A stretch of DNA of 42,630 bases from positions 1-42,630 of the forward strand of contig JAHDFT010000003.1 of the NCBI GenBank assembly GCA_020628015.1, read 5' to 3'. The notes below the pieces were generated by a model, which worked only from the letters and a program-made list of their open reading frames with translations, made no database searches and was not told the origin of the DNA. The stretch comes from Bacteroidota bacterium. Lineage in GTDB: Bacteria > Bacteroidota > Bacteroidia > Chitinophagales > UBA2359. Position numbers and translations under genes: made by a program. Positions 1 through 13,199 of this stretch are shown in pieces (the first letter of the stretch is position 1; every line of letters starts with the position of its first letter).

Positions 1-71
1 CTTAAAAATAATAGGTCATTTATATTCTCTATTAAACTCATCAAATAAATAATACGTAATTATTTAATTAT

Positions 72-107
72 AATCGACCGAATCAAAATAATCTGATTCG
101 GTCGATT
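72..107 (-). terminator. Putative intrinsic terminator hairpin downstream of the giant adhesin gene
   Basis: Perfect 13-bp inverted repeat aatcgaccgaatc (72-84) / gattcggtcgatt (95-107) with a 10-nt loop. It starts 12 nt past the stop codon of the 119..9763 gene. The flanks are A/T-rich but there is no clean U-run. Confidence 0.45.
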
Positions 108-118
108 ATTCCATAGTA

Positions 119-3100
119 TTATCTTTCTGCTTTAATAAATGATTCACTAGCCTCAATACCTGATTCCGACTCTAAATTAACCACATATACTCCTAATGGA
201 TAATTATTAAGTGGAATACGGAATAAGTTATTTCCTGCCAAAGCATCTAATTTAACAGTATCAACCAATTTACCAGTTACATCAAATATCTTAGCTTGTA
301 CCGTTTCTGCTGTTTCTGCTGAGAAATGTAGGTTAATGAAGTCTGTAGCGGGTGAAGGAGATACGCTAATTGTAGGCACCTCATCTGTTGCTATAACTTC
401 TTCATTAGTTCCTTCTAATTTCCCTTCAACTATACCAGCATTACCCTCACAAGATCCATCCTGTACATTGACAATAATGTAGGCGGTATCACAGAATCCA
501 GCAGTATTACAACCTGTTACTTTGATTGTATCTATACCATTGAATAATGGTAGTGCTGTATATCTAATGCAATTATCTCCTATAAATTTGATGCTACAGT
601 TGAAAGTAGTATGTGCCGCATCTATCATAATATCGCCATAAATATTACAGAATGATGGACAAACTTCTATCGCTTTTACAGGATTCGCACAAACTGTCAT
701 TGTATTATTACAGTTATCTGGTGGCGTTACCAAAATATGAATGGTTGCTTCATCACAAGCTCCGTTAGCATCACAAATTTGATAAGAGAAAGCATCTGTA
801 CCAGAGAATCCATTATTTGGTGTATAATATACTGTACCATCAATCAATTCAGCAGTACCATTAGATGGCTGTCCTAATGAAGTAATGGTTAAATTACCTA
901 CACCCGCATTGTCATTTGTTAGTGGATTGATAGGAATACGTCCTCCACTAGATGTTGCATTATCATCTACAGCAACTGGTCTTGGTGTTTCTTCACATTC
1001 ACCAGATTCTGTGATGTAAGCAATAATAGTTGCGGTATCACATTCTCCATTCACACAAGCAGTTACTTCAATGGTTTCTGTTAAACCAGCAGAACCAGGA
1101 AGTGGTGTATATTGAATACATTCTCCTAAATTCTTGATACCACATTCAAATAATGTTTCAATTGTTGTGATTTCCCAACCGTTAGGCAAGCAGAAATCTG
1201 GACAAATATTTACTGTTTGAATTGGTTTAGCACAAATTTCATGTACAAATGATTCACATGGCTCTGTACAATCTTCTACTGTCACTACTACATCTTCTGA
1301 TCCTTGACAACCATTCGCATCTGTTACAATTACCGTATAAGTAGTGGTTGATTGTGGGCTTACGCTAATTGTTGATCCACTTGCACCATTACTCCATAAA
1401 TAGCTTGTACCACCGCTTGCAGTTAATGTCGTAGAAGCACCTTGACAGATGGTTCCATCACCTGATGCTTGTACATTAATTGAATTGACAGAAATTACTT
1501 GCTGTGCTGTACCTGTACAACCAGAAGCACTATTTACAGTAACACTATAAGTTGTCGTTGAAGATGGATAAACAGTAATGCTAGAAGTTGTTTCGCCTGT
1601 GTTCCAAGAATAACTACTTCCACCAGAAGCCACTAAGATTACTGGTTCACCAGCACAAATATTAGACTTACTAGCAGTAATTGCTGCATCAATTTGTCCT
1701 TTCACATCTACAGTCGCATAGTCTGTATCTTGACATCCATTTGTTCCTGTAACGGTTACTACATAAGTTGTTGTTGAAGATGGGCTAACAGTAATGCTTG
1801 CACCACTACCTCCATTACTCCAAGCATAAGTTCCACCACCTGAAGCGGTTAGTGTTACTGTTTCTCCTTGACAAATTGACTGATCTGGTCCTGCTTCTGC
1901 ATTGGCACTATTTACAGTTACTGTCACATCATCTACTGCTGTACAGCCATGCTCATCTGTAACTGTCACCGTATAAGTAGTCGTTTGATCTGGTGCTACA
2001 CAAATACTAGCATCTGTAGCTCCTGTACTCCAAAGGTAAGTACCACCACCTGTTGCAGTTAAGGTAACTCCATCTCCTCTACAAATGGTACGATCTGCAC
2101 CTGCATTTGCCGTAGGATTGCTTACATGTACTGTTGTGGTATAAGTAGCACTACAACCATGAGCATCAGCAACTGTTACCGTATAAGTTGTTGTACTAGC
2201 AGGGCTTACGCTAATGCTTGCTCCGCTATTACCATTGTTCCAAGAATAGCTAGTTCCACCAGAAGCAGTAATGCTTGTCGTTTCACCAGCACAAATATGT
2301 TGATCTGGGCTAATGCCACCGTCAATATCACTAACAATTACGGTTACATGGTCTGTATCTGTACATCCCGCAGCATTGGTAACTGTTACGGTATAAGTTG
2401 TCGTTGTTGTTGGGCTTACATTAATCGTAGCAGAATTTTGTCCGCCATCCCATTGATAGCTTGTTCCGCCAGAAGCTGTTAAAGTAGCAGAACTACCTCT
2501 ACAAATTGTTTGGTTAGCTCCTGCATCTGCAATTGTATTGACTACGCTTACTGTAGCTTGCTCTGTACCAGAACATCCGCTATCATTAGTAATGGTAACC
2601 GTATAAGTTGTTGTACTAGCAGGGCTAACATTGATTGTTGCACCTGTTGAACCATTACTCCACTCATAGAAAGTACCTCCTGTAGCTGTTAAGCTAGTAG
2701 AACCTCCTGCACAAATTTGTTGATCAGCAGAAATTCCTGTGTTGATGTCGATTACCGTAATTGTAATTTGATCTGCACCTGTACAACCATTTGCATCAAT
2801 ACCTGTAACCGTATATGTTGTTGTACTAGAAGGACTTACAGTTAACCAAGGCGTTGATTCACCTGTATTCCACTCATAAGCGATTCCGCCAGAAGCTTTG
2901 ATTTCGTAGCAGTCACCAGCACAAATTGTTACATCATCACCAGCATCAATATTAGCAGAACCAACAGTTACGGTTATTTGATCTGTATCTGTACATCCGT
3001 GTTGGTCTGTAACTGTTACAGTATATGTTGTTGTACTAGAAGGATTAACAGAAATGGAAGCTGTATTTTGTCCTGTATTCCAGCTATAACTTGTTCCACC

Positions 3101-6100
3101 AGAAGCAGTTAAAGTCACGGTTTCTCCTGCACAAATAGATTGATCAGGACCAGCACTAGCATTTGGATTACCTACAGTTACCGTTACTTCATCAGTACGC
3201 TTACATCCTTCACTATTGGTAATAATTACTGTATAAGTTGTTGTTTGTGTTGGATTAACAGAAATTGTTGCACCAGAAGCACCTGTACTCCATAAGTAGC
3301 TTGTACCTCCTGTAGCTGTTAATGTTGCCGTTTCCCCATGACAAATCGTTTGATCACCACTTGCACTACCAGATGGGCTATTCACAAATACAGTCACCTG
3401 ATCTGTTGCCTGGCATCCGTTAGCATCTCTAACCGTTACAGTATAAGTTGTTGTAGAAGATGGTGTAACAGAAATGCTTGATCCAACTGCGCCTGTATTC
3501 CAAGTCATGGTTCCATTTCCAGAAGCATTTAACACAGCCGTTTCCCCATTACAAATGTGTTGATCTTCTCCTGCATTTACTGAAGGATCACCAACAACAA
3601 TACTTGTGATTGCAATATCATCACAACCATTAGCATCTGTTACGGTTACATAATAATTGGTTGTCGTATTAGGACTTACGGTGATTGTCGCTCCACTTGC
3701 GCCATTGCTCCAACTGTAACTTACTCCACCATAAGCAGTAATTGTAGTTGATTCTCCTTGACAAATATTTTGCTTAGGATCTACACTTGCATTTGGTTTC
3801 GTTGGTGTTACCAATACTTCATCAGTATCAGAACAATCACCATTATATACGGTCACTTTATAGCTTGTTGGATTTGTTGGCTCAACTGTGATTGTTGCAC
3901 TTGTTGCGCCTGTACTCCATAGATAACTTGTTCCACCTGATGCTGTCAATGTTGCAGTTGCTCCTTCACAAATGATTTGATCTGGACCAGCATTCGCATT
4001 AACATTATTTACAGTAACCGTTACTTGATCTGTATCTACACAATCGCCACTAGAAACAGTTACCGTATAAGTTGATGTACTAGTAGGGTCAACATTGATT
4101 GTAGCTCCTACATCACCATTACTCCATAAATAAGTATTACCTCCACTAGCCGTTAATGTAGCGAATCCACCATTACAAATAGATTTGTCTGGACCAGCAT
4201 TCGCATTGACTGTAGTTACATTTACGGTTACTTGATCCGTATCTGTACAATTTCCATTCGTTACCGTTACACTATAATTCGTTGTCGAAGAAGGATTAAC
4301 ATTGATACTTGCTGTTGTTGCGCCAGTATTCCAGCTATAAGTTCCTCCACCAGAAGCGGTTAAGGTTACTTGCTCACCAGCACAGATAGATTGATCTGGA
4401 CCAGCATTCGCTACTGCATCACCTACAGTTACCGTTACTTGATCGGTATCTGTACAATTTCCATTCGTTACGGTTACGGTATAAGTTGTCGTTGAAGAAG
4501 GATTAACATTGATACTTGCTGTTGTTGCGCCAGTATTCCAGCTATAAGTTCCTCCACCAGAAGCGGTTAAAGTTACTTGATCACCATTACAAATACTTTG
4601 ATTTGGTCCAGCTTCAGCAACTGCACTACCAACACTAACAGTCATTTGATCTGTAGCAACACAAGTACCGTTTGTTACAGTCACACTATAACTCGTTGTC
4701 GCTGAAGGATTAACAGTAATGCTTGCACTTGTTGCGCCTGTACTCCAAAGATAAGTACCTGTACCACCAGCATTCAAGGTAACTTGCTCACCATCACAAA
4801 TAGATTGATCTGGACCAAGATTCGCTGTCGCATCTCCAACAGTTACGGTTACTTGATCGGTATCTGTACAGTTTTCATTGGCTACGGTTACAGTATATGT
4901 GGTTGTTGCAGAAGGATTCACAGTAATGCTTTGTGTATTCATTCCATTACTCCAGCTATAAGCACCGCCACCAGTTGCAGTTAAGGTTACTTGACCACCA
5001 TTACAAATTGTTTGGTCATCACCTGCATCAGCAATCGCATCACCTACTGCTACTTTTACTTCATCTGTAGCCACACAAGTACCACTTGTTACAGTCACAC
5101 TATAATCAGTCGTTGTTGTCGGATTAACTGTAATACTTTGTGTATTCGCTCCATTACTCCAAGCATAAGTTCCTCCTGAACCAGTCGCCGTTAATGTCAC
5201 TTGCTCTCCATTACAAATAAATTGATCTGGACCAAGACTAACTGTTGCTTCACTTACATTTACGGTTACTTGATCCGTATCTGTACAACTACCATTCGTT
5301 ACGGTTACAGTATATGTTGTCGTTGCAGCAGGATTAACAGTAATACTTGCTGTTGTTGCGCCTGTATTCCAGCTATAAGTACCTCCACCTGTTGCGGTTA
5401 AAGTTACTTCTGCACCATTACAAATATTTTGGTCAGTACCTGCGTTGGCAATTGCATTACCCACAGTAACTACTACTTGATCTGTATCTACACAATTACC
5501 ATTGGTAACGGTTACTGTATAAGTTGTTGTAGTTGATGGATTGACTGTAATGCTTTGTGTTGTTGCACCAGTATTCCAGCTATAAGTTCCTCCACCAGAA
5601 GCGGTTAAGGTTGTTTGATCTCCACTACAGATGGTACGATCATCACCAGCACTTGCTACTGCATTTCCTACATTGACAATTACTTCATCTGTATCTGTAC
5701 AATTTCCACTTGTCACAGTTACTGTATAAGTTGTGGTTGAAGAAGGATTGACCATAATGCTTGCAGTTGTTTCACCCGTACTCCATGCATAAGTATCACC
5801 ACCTGTTGCCAATAAACCAACCTCATCTCCAGCACAAATATTTCTGTCTGTTCCTGCATTGGCTACAGCATCATTAACTGTTACAGTTACTTGATCTGTA
5901 TCTGTACAATTTCCGCTAGAAACGGTCACAGAATAATTGGTCGTTGCAGAAGGATTGACTGTAATACTTTGAGTTGTAGCTCCTGTATTCCATACATAAC
6001 TACTTCCACCACTTGCGGTTAAAGTTGCTTGCTCACCATTACAAATAGATTGATCATCACCAGCACTTGCCACAGCTTCACCAACAGTTACTGTTACTTC

Positions 6101-9100
6101 ATCTGTATCTGTACAGTTACCATTCGTTACGGTTACTGTATAAGTTGTTGTAGAGGATGGATTTACTGTAATGCTTTGTGTGCTTGCACCAGTATTCCAG
6201 CTATAAGTTCCTCCACCAGAAGCAGTTAAGGTTATTTGCTCTCCATTACAAATCGCTTGGTTGGAGCCAGCATCTGCAACTGCATTATTAACACTTACTA
6301 TTACATCTTCTGTATCCGAGCAATCACCATCACTTACGGTTACGGTATAAGTTGTTGTCGAAGTTGGATTAACAGTAATGCTTGCAGTTGTTGCGCCATT
6401 ACTCCAGCTATAACTTGTTCCGCCAGAAGCAGTTAAAGTCACCTCTTCACCAGCACAAATACTTTGATCATTACTAGCCGTAGCCACAACATCTTCTACA
6501 TTTACAATTACTTGATCTACGTCTGAACAGTCTCCATTCGTTACGGTTACACTAAAGGTTGCCGTTTGTGGTGGAGAAGCGGTAATACTTTGAGTTGTAG
6601 CTCCTGTATTCCATAGATAGGTTCCTCCACCAGAAGCGGTTAAGGTAGCCATATCTCCCTTACAGATCGTTTGGTCATCACCAGCACTTGCCACAGCAGA
6701 ACCTACTGTAACCATTACTTCATCTGTATCTGTACAAGTACCAGAGCTAACCGTTACACTATAAGTTGTTGTCGAAGTTGGATTAACAGTAATGCTTGAA
6801 GTTGTTGCGCCATTACTCCAACTATAGCTTGTTCCTCCTGAAGCAGTTAAAGTTACTTGTCCACCCTCACAAACTGTTTGGTCTGGACCAGCATTAGCAT
6901 CTGCTTCATTTACCGTTACCGTTACCTCTTGTACATCCTGACAACCATGTACATTGGAGATGGTTACAGAATAGGTTTCTGTAGTTTGTGGACTTACAGA
7001 AATAGATTGAGAAGAAGCTCCATTACTCCATAAATAGGAAGTTCCACCAGAAGCGGTTAATGTTGTATTTTCTCCTCTACAGATAGATTTATCATCACTT
7101 ATGATTCCTGTTACACTAGGATTAACGACAACCATTGTGGTAACAGTTTCAAAACATCCTTCTTGAATATTTGGATTGTCTTGTGCTAAGATCGTATATA
7201 TATTATATGGTACAGGAGAATTACCTGTATTTTCTGGGAAGACAAAGGTAAAAGAAGTCGTTGTACTCACCCCATCAGTCTCTACATGAGCATCAATGAT
7301 ATTTGATTCATTTTCGTATAATTCTGCCGGGGTTAAAATACTACCTACATTATAGAATACGCCCACAGGTCCTACGTCAGGATCGTGTGTAATTTTGATT
7401 GTTGCTTCATTTCCAGAACATACTTGATTAGGAATTACTTCTACAGCTACTAAGAAATCATCGCAATTAGCACCTGGAGGAGGGACGAAACCAAAATCTT
7501 GGTTAAAGTTTACCGTTCCTTGTGTTCCTACTGTAAATGAAATATAAGGAATATCATTTGCATCAATAGTAGCAATACCACTATTATTGTCTGTCAAAGC
7601 ATCCGAGTCATTCATATCTGGCTGGCTTCCTGCTCCTGTATTTGGATTTGTAGGATCACCATAAGCTGCATTACCTACATTCAAGCCATTATTATCTGGG
7701 TCAAACTGTGTTGGATTCAATGCCAATGTATAAGGCTCACCTGGCTGTAATCCACCAGTCACATTACTATCATCAAATTGGAAAAAGCCATCTGCATCTG
7801 TTGTTGTAGAACCTACAGGATTTCCATTTCCATCATACAGGTCAACAATAACACCTGGAATACCATTTTCACCTGGATCTTGGATACCATTACCATTCGT
7901 ATCACTCCAAATGAAGTTACCAATACGAATTGGTGCAGGATTACAGAGTAATTCAATATCTCCTAGACCGTGTGCTTTACCAGAGTATTGTGGGCTATCT
8001 GTATATAATTGGTATTTTCTTTCTACATCACCAGAGCCATTGCTCAACCAGAATACCCCACCAGAATTGGTTAGGAATGGATTCAAAGAAGCGTTGACTA
8101 CTTGACCAGAGCCTGGTAATAGAGCCAAACTACCCATAGACCCTTCCTCTTCACCACCTTCTCCAACATCACCGCAGTAGAATTCACCACCGCCAGGACC
8201 TTCACCATTTCCAAAACCACAACCCATCATGCCGCCAGCCATACCATTATCTTCTAATTGATAAGCACCACCAACTTTAGCTACTCTTAAAATATCCCCA
8301 CCAGCAACACCAGTTCTCAATGTGTTATCATTAGTTCCTGATGGCGCATAATTAGCTCGTCCTAATTGGTGTCCAGCTCTATCAAAGAAACTCAAAATCA
8401 TCGAACCATCGACATCGAATGTAATGTCCGATAATACTGGTTGTGGAAAACAAATACCATCACTTAGATTGGTATTGTGAAAATCACTATAGTCATCTGT
8501 CCAAGTTTCCCATTGATCACAATTGCTTAATCCAACAACATCATCAAACTGTGTTAATTTTCCTTTTGTATAATCTAAAGAAAAACTCACCATTTGATTG
8601 AAGGTATTCGCTCCAGGCGTAAAAGAATAAACAGAAGCAGTTAAATCTGTTCTATTTTTTGAAGTTTCTCCTGAACACACCATACCTATATATACACTAC
8701 CTTCATTGAAAGCTAATGCAAAAGGTCTATGATCATCAAAAGAACAACCAGGATTCGGAATACTATATTGTTGAATATTACTTGCATTAATAGGTGTGCC
8801 ATTAGCAATATAATTACTAATGTCAATACTAATCAACTCTTTTGTATGTAAGTTGACTGTCCAGAGTGTATTGCCATCACCAGAAATGTCAATATCACCC
8901 AACCCGACTTTAGCTACTTTACTGAAGGCATCATCATCTCTACTAGCTTGTCCAACATCTGGAGGTAAATCTCTTGAAGAAACAGTACCGACATCAATGC
9001 CAAAATCTGCTAAGTTTACCAATGCTGTATTGGTAGATGTAGCATTTGATACATCAGTAACATAAATACCGCCTAAACCTTCGCTTCCTAAGCCTGAAAA

Positions 9101-9763
9101 TCGCTTAAGAAAAGCAGCAGTAAAGACTTTCTTGGATTGTTTGTGGTAAGCAACCCCCCAAACAGATCCTATATCCACACCTCTTGCGACTAATTCTGGG
9201 GAATTAGTTTGCCCTTGGCTGGTATATGGGAAACTTACCAATACATCTGCTGTAGCAGCATTTCCACCTCCCATAGGATCACCATTTACATAACATGGGA
9301 TCACAATTTCAGGATTGGATTGACAATAATTGTCTGGATGGTAAATTCCTAAAGTTAAATTACAAAATGGACTAGTTGTAAATTGTGTAGGAGAAGCAGA
9401 AGCGACATAGCCAGTTGGCAAACCCGCAAACTCTACTCTTATCCTTTTACCATTGGGTACACTTAATACAAAATAACCATCTGCATCTGTGGTAACAGGT
9501 CCATAAGGCACCCCATCAGCATCATAAGCACTAACAGTAATACCACTCATACCAAATTCATGTGCACCTTGTACACCATCAGCATTAAAGTCATTATAGA
9601 CGATTCCCCCTATATCATTACTTCCCACACAACTTTGCGCCTGTATTTTGCCAGATGCAAGTCCACAACAAACAAATGCCAGTAAGAAAGCAGCTAACCG
9701 CAATCGGCTACTTCCTTTCCTAATGTCTGGTAACATTTTTTTGAAGGTAAATATTTGGTTCAT
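119..9763 (-). CDS. Giant secreted cell-surface adhesin (3214 aa) with a T9SS C-terminal sorting domain
   Basis: N-terminal signal peptide ([23 protein letters not shown]). Two SdrD/Cna-B-like modules ([14 protein letters not shown]...TTDADGYF; [18 protein letters not shown]...[10 protein letters not shown]). 28 tandem ~69-aa Cys-containing Ig-like repeats (C.G..xTLTASGG.sYsWs.G....sItVnPs.TTtYtVTVt...C.dtDqVtVtV). A cadherin/VCBS-like segment (VAVDDNATS...NPLTNDN...[19 protein letters not shown]). The C-terminal ~85 aa resemble the Por/T9SS secretion tail ([13 protein letters not shown]...[10 protein letters not shown]...LGVYVVNL). Confidence 0.9.
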   Translation of the reverse strand: MNQIFTFKKMLPDIRKGSSRLRLAAFLLAFVCCGLASGKIQAQSCVGSNDIGGIVYNDFNADGVQGAHEFGMSGITVSAYDADGVPYGPVTTDADGYFVLSVPNGKRIRVEFAGLPTGYVASASPTQFTTSPFCNLTLGIYHPDNYCQSNPEIVIPCYVNGDPMGGGNAATADVLVSFPYTSQGQTNSPELVARGVDIGSVWGVAYHKQSKKVFTAAFLKRFSGLGSEGLGGIYVTDVSNATSTNTALVNLADFGIDVGTVSSRDLPPDVGQASRDDDAFSKVAKVGLGDIDISGDGNTLWTVNLHTKELISIDISNYIANGTPINASNIQQYSIPNPGCSFDDHRPFALAFNEGSVYIGMVCSGETSKNRTDLTASVYSFTPGANTFNQMVSFSLDYTKGKLTQFDDVVGLSNCDQWETWTDDYSDFHNTNLSDGICFPQPVLSDITFDVDGSMILSFFDRAGHQLGRANYAPSGTNDNTLRTGVAGGDILRVAKVGGAYQLEDNGMAGGMMGCGFGNGEGPGGGEFYCGDVGEGGEEEGSMGSLALLPGSGQVVNASLNPFLTNSGGVFWLSNGSGDVERKYQLYTDSPQYSGKAHGLGDIELLCNPAPIRIGNFIWSDTNGNGIQDPGENGIPGVIVDLYDGNGNPVGSTTTDADGFFQFDDSNVTGGLQPGEPYTLALNPTQFDPDNNGLNVGNAAYGDPTNPNTGAGSQPDMNDSDALTDNNSGIATIDANDIPYISFTVGTQGTVNFNQDFGFVPPPGANCDDFLVAVEVIPNQVCSGNEATIKITHDPDVGPVGVFYNVGSILTPAELYENESNIIDAHVETDGVSTTTSFTFVFPENTGNSPVPYNIYTILAQDNPNIQEGCFETVTTMVVVNPSVTGIISDDKSICRGENTTLTASGGTSYLWSNGASSQSISVSPQTTETYSVTISNVHGCQDVQEVTVTVNEADANAGPDQTVCEGGQVTLTASGGTSYSWSNGATTSSITVNPTSTTTYSVTVSSGTCTDTDEVMVTVGSAVASAGDDQTICKGDMATLTASGGGTYLWNTGATTQSITASPPQTATFSVTVTNGDCSDVDQVIVNVEDVVATASNDQSICAGEEVTLTASGGTSYSWSNGATTASITVNPTSTTTYTVTVSDGDCSDTEDVIVSVNNAVADAGSNQAICNGEQITLTASGGGTYSWNTGASTQSITVNPSSTTTYTVTVTNGNCTDTDEVTVTVGEAVASAGDDQSICNGEQATLTASGGSSYVWNTGATTQSITVNPSATTNYSVTVSSGNCTDTDQVTVTVNDAVANAGTDRNICAGDEVGLLATGGDTYAWSTGETTASIMVNPSSTTTYTVTVTSGNCTDTDEVIVNVGNAVASAGDDRTICSGDQTTLTASGGGTYSWNTGATTQSITVNPSTTTTYTVTVTNGNCVDTDQVVVTVGNAIANAGTDQNICNGAEVTLTATGGGTYSWNTGATTASITVNPAATTTYTVTVTNGSCTDTDQVTVNVSEATVSLGPDQFICNGEQVTLTATGSGGTYAWSNGANTQSITVNPTTTTDYSVTVTSGTCVATDEVKVAVGDAIADAGDDQTICNGGQVTLTATGGGAYSWSNGMNTQSITVNPSATTTYTVTVANENCTDTDQVTVTVGDATANLGPDQSICDGEQVTLNAGGTGTYLWSTGATSASITVNPSATTSYSVTVTNGTCVATDQMTVSVGSAVAEAGPNQSICNGDQVTLTASGGGTYSWNTGATTASINVNPSSTTTYTVTVTNGNCTDTDQVTVTVGDAVANAGPDQSICAGEQVTLTASGGGTYSWNTGATTASINVNPSSTTNYSVTVTNGNCTDTDQVTVNVTTVNANAGPDKSICNGGFATLTASGGNTYLWSNGDVGATINVDPTSTSTYTVTVSSGDCVDTDQVTVTVNNVNANAGPDQIICEGATATLTASGGTSYLWSTGATSATITVEPTNPTSYKVTVYNGDCSDTDEVLVTPTKPNASVDPKQNICQGESTTITAYGGVSYSWSNGASGATITVSPNTTTNYYVTVTDANGCDDIAITSIVVGDPSVNAGEDQHICNGETAVLNASGNGTMTWNTGAVGSSISVTPSSTTTYTVTVRDANGCQATDQVTVFVNSPSGSASGDQTICHGETATLTATGGTSYLWSTGASGATISVNPTQTTTYTVIITNSEGCKRTDEVTVTVGNPNASAGPDQSICAGETVTLTASGGTSYSWNTGQNTASISVNPSSTTTYTVTVTDQHGCTDTDQITVTVGSANIDAGDDVTICAGDCYEIKASGGIAYEWNTGESTPWLTVSPSSTTTYTVTGIDANGCTGADQITITVIDINTGISADQQICAGGSTSLTATGGTFYEWSNGSTGATINVSPASTTTYTVTITNDSGCSGTEQATVSVVNTIADAGANQTICRGSSATLTASGGTSYQWDGGQNSATINVSPTTTTTYTVTVTNAAGCTDTDHVTVIVSDIDGGISPDQHICAGETTSITASGGTSYSWNNGNSGASISVSPASTTTYTVTVADAHGCSATYTTTVHVSNPTANAGADRTICRGDGVTLTATGGGTYLWSTGATDASICVAPDQTTTYTVTVTDEHGCTAVDDVTVTVNSANAEAGPDQSICQGETVTLTASGGGTYAWSNGGSGASITVSPSSTTTYVVTVTGTNGCQDTDYATVDVKGQIDAAITASKSNICAGEPVILVASGGSSYSWNTGETTSSITVYPSSTTTYSVTVNSASGCTGTAQQVISVNSINVQASGDGTICQGASTTLTASGGTSYLWSNGASGSTISVSPQSTTTYTVIVTDANGCQGSEDVVVTVEDCTEPCESFVHEICAKPIQTVNICPDFCLPNGWEITTIETLFECGIKNLGECIQYTPLPGSAGLTETIEVTACVNGECDTATIIAYITESGECEETPRPVAVDDNATSSGGRIPINPLTNDNAGVGNLTITSLGQPSNGTAELIDGTVYYTPNNGFSGTDAFSYQICDANGACDEATIHILVTPPDNCNNTMTVCANPVKAIEVCPSFCNIYGDIMIDAAHTTFNCSIKFIGDNCIRYTALPLFNGIDTIKVTGCNTAGFCDTAYIIVNVQDGSCEGNAGIVEGKLEGTNEEVIATDEVPTISVSPSPATDFINLHFSAETAETVQAKIFDVTGKLVDTVKLDALAGNNLFRIPLNNYPLGVYVVNLESESGIEASESFIKAER
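1280..7130 (-). repeat. Intragenic tandem array of 28 x ~207-bp coding repeats
   Basis: I counted 28 occurrences of the [12 protein letters not shown]-type core in the translation. The plus-strand artefact ORFs recur with a 207-210 nt period (4784, 4991, 5201; 6029, 6236). Adjacent units share a 77-bp perfect match (4287-4363 = 4494-4570, offset 207). Confidence 0.9.
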
Positions 9764-10736
9764 TTATAAGTATATTTAGGTTAGATAAATTCCACCATCA
9801 ATTATATACTGCTCCTTTTCATCAAGTATAAAACGCTATTATTTATTAGGTTACAGTATCATGAGCGAGTTGCAGTGGTTATCTTAACAAACAAAAATCA
9901 GTTAAAGTCTATATTGACCAATTAGCTCAACTTAGCCTAGGGCAATAGACCTGTTTATATAAAATAAGCATAGACAAAATTCAACAAGCCTTTCTTTAAT
10001 GCCACAAAATGACATAGAAAGCCCATGTTGAAAAGTATCTTATTTTTCAATTCTCAGTATGGCAGTAATAAAAATTTGACAAAATATCAGTGTGGCAAAT
10101 AGGAATAGCAGGGTATCTTATAGGAAAATCATATAATAAGGGGCAATTGTAAGTGTTGTAATTAGATGCCTAACTTATTAATAATTTATAAAGTAGTTTT
10201 TTCACTCAATAGCATCAACTGCAACAAAATTATGTTTCAATTATTCATAAGTAATTTGAATAAGTACATCATTTTGTCCATCTAATTAGTCACTTTCTAC
10301 AAAAAATGAGACATCACATACTCAAATATCCTCAAAAGACAATTCTATGACGCAAACTATCACAATATTGTCACAAGATAAAGAAACTTATGTGTATTTC
10401 GTCCCCAAGATTCCAATTGTGTTAAAAAACTAGCCTGATATTAGTCAAGGATGGTAACGGGAAAAATTGGTAAGAGTAGATCAAGGAGGGTGCCATTCAA
10501 CTAATAATCAAACAATTAAACATAAACAGTATTTCAATAGATTTGAAGATATTAACAAGTTTCGCTATACATATCAAAAATATACTACCTTGTCATTTAC
10601 ATTACACACTATAGACAAAACAATTTTTATGCCGATAATCATAATATATGATTTGTACAATCATATCAATTAAAATATCCTTTGTATTTCCCTCTTCCAA
10701 ATAGAACTTTTAGCTAAAAAAGCTGTTCTTAGAACT

Positions 10737-12497
10737 ATGGAGCAAAAAACAGGAAATATACTAGATTGGGAATTATTTAAACGAGTGCTTCGCCTAGCTC
10801 GTCCATTTAAATTGACCTTTGTAATCGCCACTATTTTGGCCATCATTATTGCCCTTATCTCTCCACTTCGTCCTTACTTGATTCAGTTGACTGTAGACCG
10901 CTATATTTTACTAGGTGATGGTCAAGGTTTAGTCAATATGATTTATTTATTGATTTTTATACTTGCCATCGAAGCTTGTTTAAACTATAGTTTTGTTTAT
11001 AGTACCAATTGGCTTGGTCAATCTGTGATTAAAAATCTCCGAAAAAAAGTTTTTGATCACATCCTCAATTTCCGACTCCGCTATTTTGATAATACAGCTA
11101 TTGGCACCTCTACTACTAGAGCAATTAGTGATGTAGAGGTGATTAATAATATATTTTCACAAGGATTGATTACCATCATTGCAGATTTACTCCGTCTTTT
11201 GGCGGTCATCTGCTTCATGCTTTATGTAGATTGGAAACTTACGCTTATCGCTTTGATCCCCTTTCCTATTATCATTTATTGTACCTATATTTTTAAGGAG
11301 AAGGTAAAAGGCTCTTTCCAAAAGGTGCGAACAGAGGTTTCTAAAATGAATGCTTTTTTGCAAGAGCACATTACAGGTATGAGTATTGTCCAATTATTTG
11401 CGGCAGAAAAACGAGAAATGGAAAAATTTAGTGCCATTAATGACCGTCAACGGAAAGCACATATTCAATCTATTCTATATTATGCTATTTATTTTCCTGT
11501 AATGGAGATTATTTCAGCAAGTACACTAGGCTTATTAGTTTGGTTTGGTTCTAATTTGGTCATTGGCCATCAAACAAGTTTAGGAACCCTCATTGCTTTT
11601 ATTCTTTACCTCAATATGCTTTTCCGCCCACTTAGAGTGATAGCAGATCGTTTCAATACTTTACAAATGGGTTTGGTTGCTTCTGAGCGTATATTTGCTG
11701 TCTTAGATCGTCATGAAGTCATTGCTAATGAAGGTCCATTGTCTGCCAATAAGCTTCAAGGTCATATTAATTTTGATCAAGTTTGGTTTGCTTATAATGA
11801 GAAAGATTTTGTCTTAAAAGGGGTTTCTTTTGATCTAAAAGCAGGAGAAACACTAGCGATTGTTGGGGCAACTGGTGCGGGAAAATCTTCTGTCATCAAT
11901 ATCCTCAATCGTTTTTATGATATTCAAAAAGGAAGTATTCAAATTGATGATACACCTATCGAGGAATATGATTTATACTCCCTTAGAAGTAATATAGGGC
12001 TTGTTTTACAGGATGTATTTCTTTTTTCTGGGTCTATTTATGATAATATTAGTTTGCGAAATCCAATTATTAGTCGGGAGGAAGTAATACAGGCGGCAAA
12101 AATGATGGGAGCACATGAGTTTATCCAAAAATTACCCAATCAGTATGATTATCAGGTGATGGAAAGAGGAGCTACACTTTCTCTAGGACAAAGGCAGTTG
12201 ATTTCCTTTATTCGTGCTTTGGTATTTGACCCACGCATTCTGATCCTAGATGAAGCTACTTCTTCTATTGATACAGAGACGGAATTATTGGTGCAAAGAG
12301 CTGTAGAACAATTAGTGAAAAATCGAACCTCTATTATGATTGCTCATCGTTTATCTACCATTCAAAATGCACATAAAATTATGGTATTAGATAAGGGAGA
12401 AATTATAGAATTAGGTAGTCATGATACTTTAATGGCTTTGAATGGACATTATAAGAAATTATATGATACACAGTTTTCTAGTGAACTGGTGGATTAG
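10737..12497 (+). CDS. ABC transporter, fused permease/ATP-binding protein (MsbA/multidrug-exporter type)
   Basis: N-terminal ~300 aa carry about 6 hydrophobic helices. Walker A GATGAGKSS, ABC signature LSLGQRQ, Walker B ILILDEATS, H-loop IMIAHRL. Confidence 0.9.
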   Translation: MEQKTGNILDWELFKRVLRLARPFKLTFVIATILAIIIALISPLRPYLIQLTVDRYILLGDGQGLVNMIYLLIFILAIEACLNYSFVYSTNWLGQSVIKNLRKKVFDHILNFRLRYFDNTAIGTSTTRAISDVEVINNIFSQGLITIIADLLRLLAVICFMLYVDWKLTLIALIPFPIIIYCTYIFKEKVKGSFQKVRTEVSKMNAFLQEHITGMSIVQLFAAEKREMEKFSAINDRQRKAHIQSILYYAIYFPVMEIISASTLGLLVWFGSNLVIGHQTSLGTLIAFILYLNMLFRPLRVIADRFNTLQMGLVASERIFAVLDRHEVIANEGPLSANKLQGHINFDQVWFAYNEKDFVLKGVSFDLKAGETLAIVGATGAGKSSVINILNRFYDIQKGSIQIDDTPIEEYDLYSLRSNIGLVLQDVFLFSGSIYDNISLRNPIISREEVIQAAKMMGAHEFIQKLPNQYDYQVMERGATLSLGQRQLISFIRALVFDPRILILDEATSSIDTETELLVQRAVEQLVKNRTSIMIAHRLSTIQNAHKIMVLDKGEIIELGSHDTLMALNGHYKKLYDTQFSSELVD

Positions 12498-12584
12498 TTA
12501 GCTTATTTTTATTCTGTTTGTATCTTTTGGATAAACTTTGTATTTTAACAAGTAATAATAAAACAACTCCTAAATCCATTTCCC

Positions 12585-13184
12585 ATGTCTTACACCAAAT
12601 TTACCGCTAGGACATTAGAAAAACAATTTGGTATACAATTCAAAGCCAATCATCTATTTGATGATCCTGAACCTATACAATCTAGTGAATGGTTAAAGGA
12701 AGCCATCCAAAGAGCCATGCAAATCGGTTTTGGTAGTGAAAAATCTCGTTCAGAACGATTGGTTTCTCCTGTTTTGACAGAATTGAGCATTCTAAATAAT
12801 AATTCCTTTACCATCTATTCGGGCCTAAATCTGGATGTAGATGATACTGCTGGACTCAATGGAGAATGTGATTTTATTTTATCGTATAGCAAGATTCAAG
12901 ATTTTATCAAAGCTCCTATTTTTGCCATTGTAGAGGCTAAAAAAAATGATATTGAAGGTGGAACGATTCAATGTGCTGCTCAATTAATTGCCGCTCAAAT
13001 ACTCAATAAAGAAAGTAAACCTGTTTTCAATAAAACGGTATATGGTTGTTCTACAACAGGGGTAGAATGGCGTTTTCTGAAGCTTAAAGATGAGGTATTA
13101 ACCATAGACCTAGATCGCTATTATATACAAAATACAGAACAATTATTAGGCATTCTACAATTGATCCTAAAGTCTAGTAAATAA
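12585..13184 (+). CDS. Small PD-(D/E)xK-like (HsdR N-terminal-like) nuclease-fold protein, paralog 1
   Basis: Motif pattern GLNGECDF(I/L)LS ... API(F)AIVEAKKNDIE..TIQCAAQL fits the D...(E)xK...Q core of HsdR-N-type restriction-endonuclease folds. About 55% identical by eye to the 18288..18902 product. Confidence 0.5.
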   Translation: MSYTKFTARTLEKQFGIQFKANHLFDDPEPIQSSEWLKEAIQRAMQIGFGSEKSRSERLVSPVLTELSILNNNSFTIYSGLNLDVDDTAGLNGECDFILSYSKIQDFIKAPIFAIVEAKKNDIEGGTIQCAAQLIAAQILNKESKPVFNKTVYGCSTTGVEWRFLKLKDEVLTIDLDRYYIQNTEQLLGILQLILKSSK

Positions 13185-13199
13185 CCACTAATAAGCCTA

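Noticed and set aside
2126-6436. Plus-strand ORFs inside the giant adhesin gene (2126..2482, 4784..4984, 4991..5179, 5201..5401, 6029..6229, 6236..6436)
   Set aside because: They are Cys/Ile/Thr/Ser-rich and low-complexity. They recur with the 207-bp period of the minus-strand repeats. They are antisense shadows of a strongly supported 3214-aa CDS.
10467-10673. 68-aa plus-strand ORF in the long intergenic region
   Set aside because: It has AT-rich low-complexity sequence (N/K/I/Y-rich), no recognisable motif and no operon context. Such ORFs are expected by chance in AT-rich spacers.
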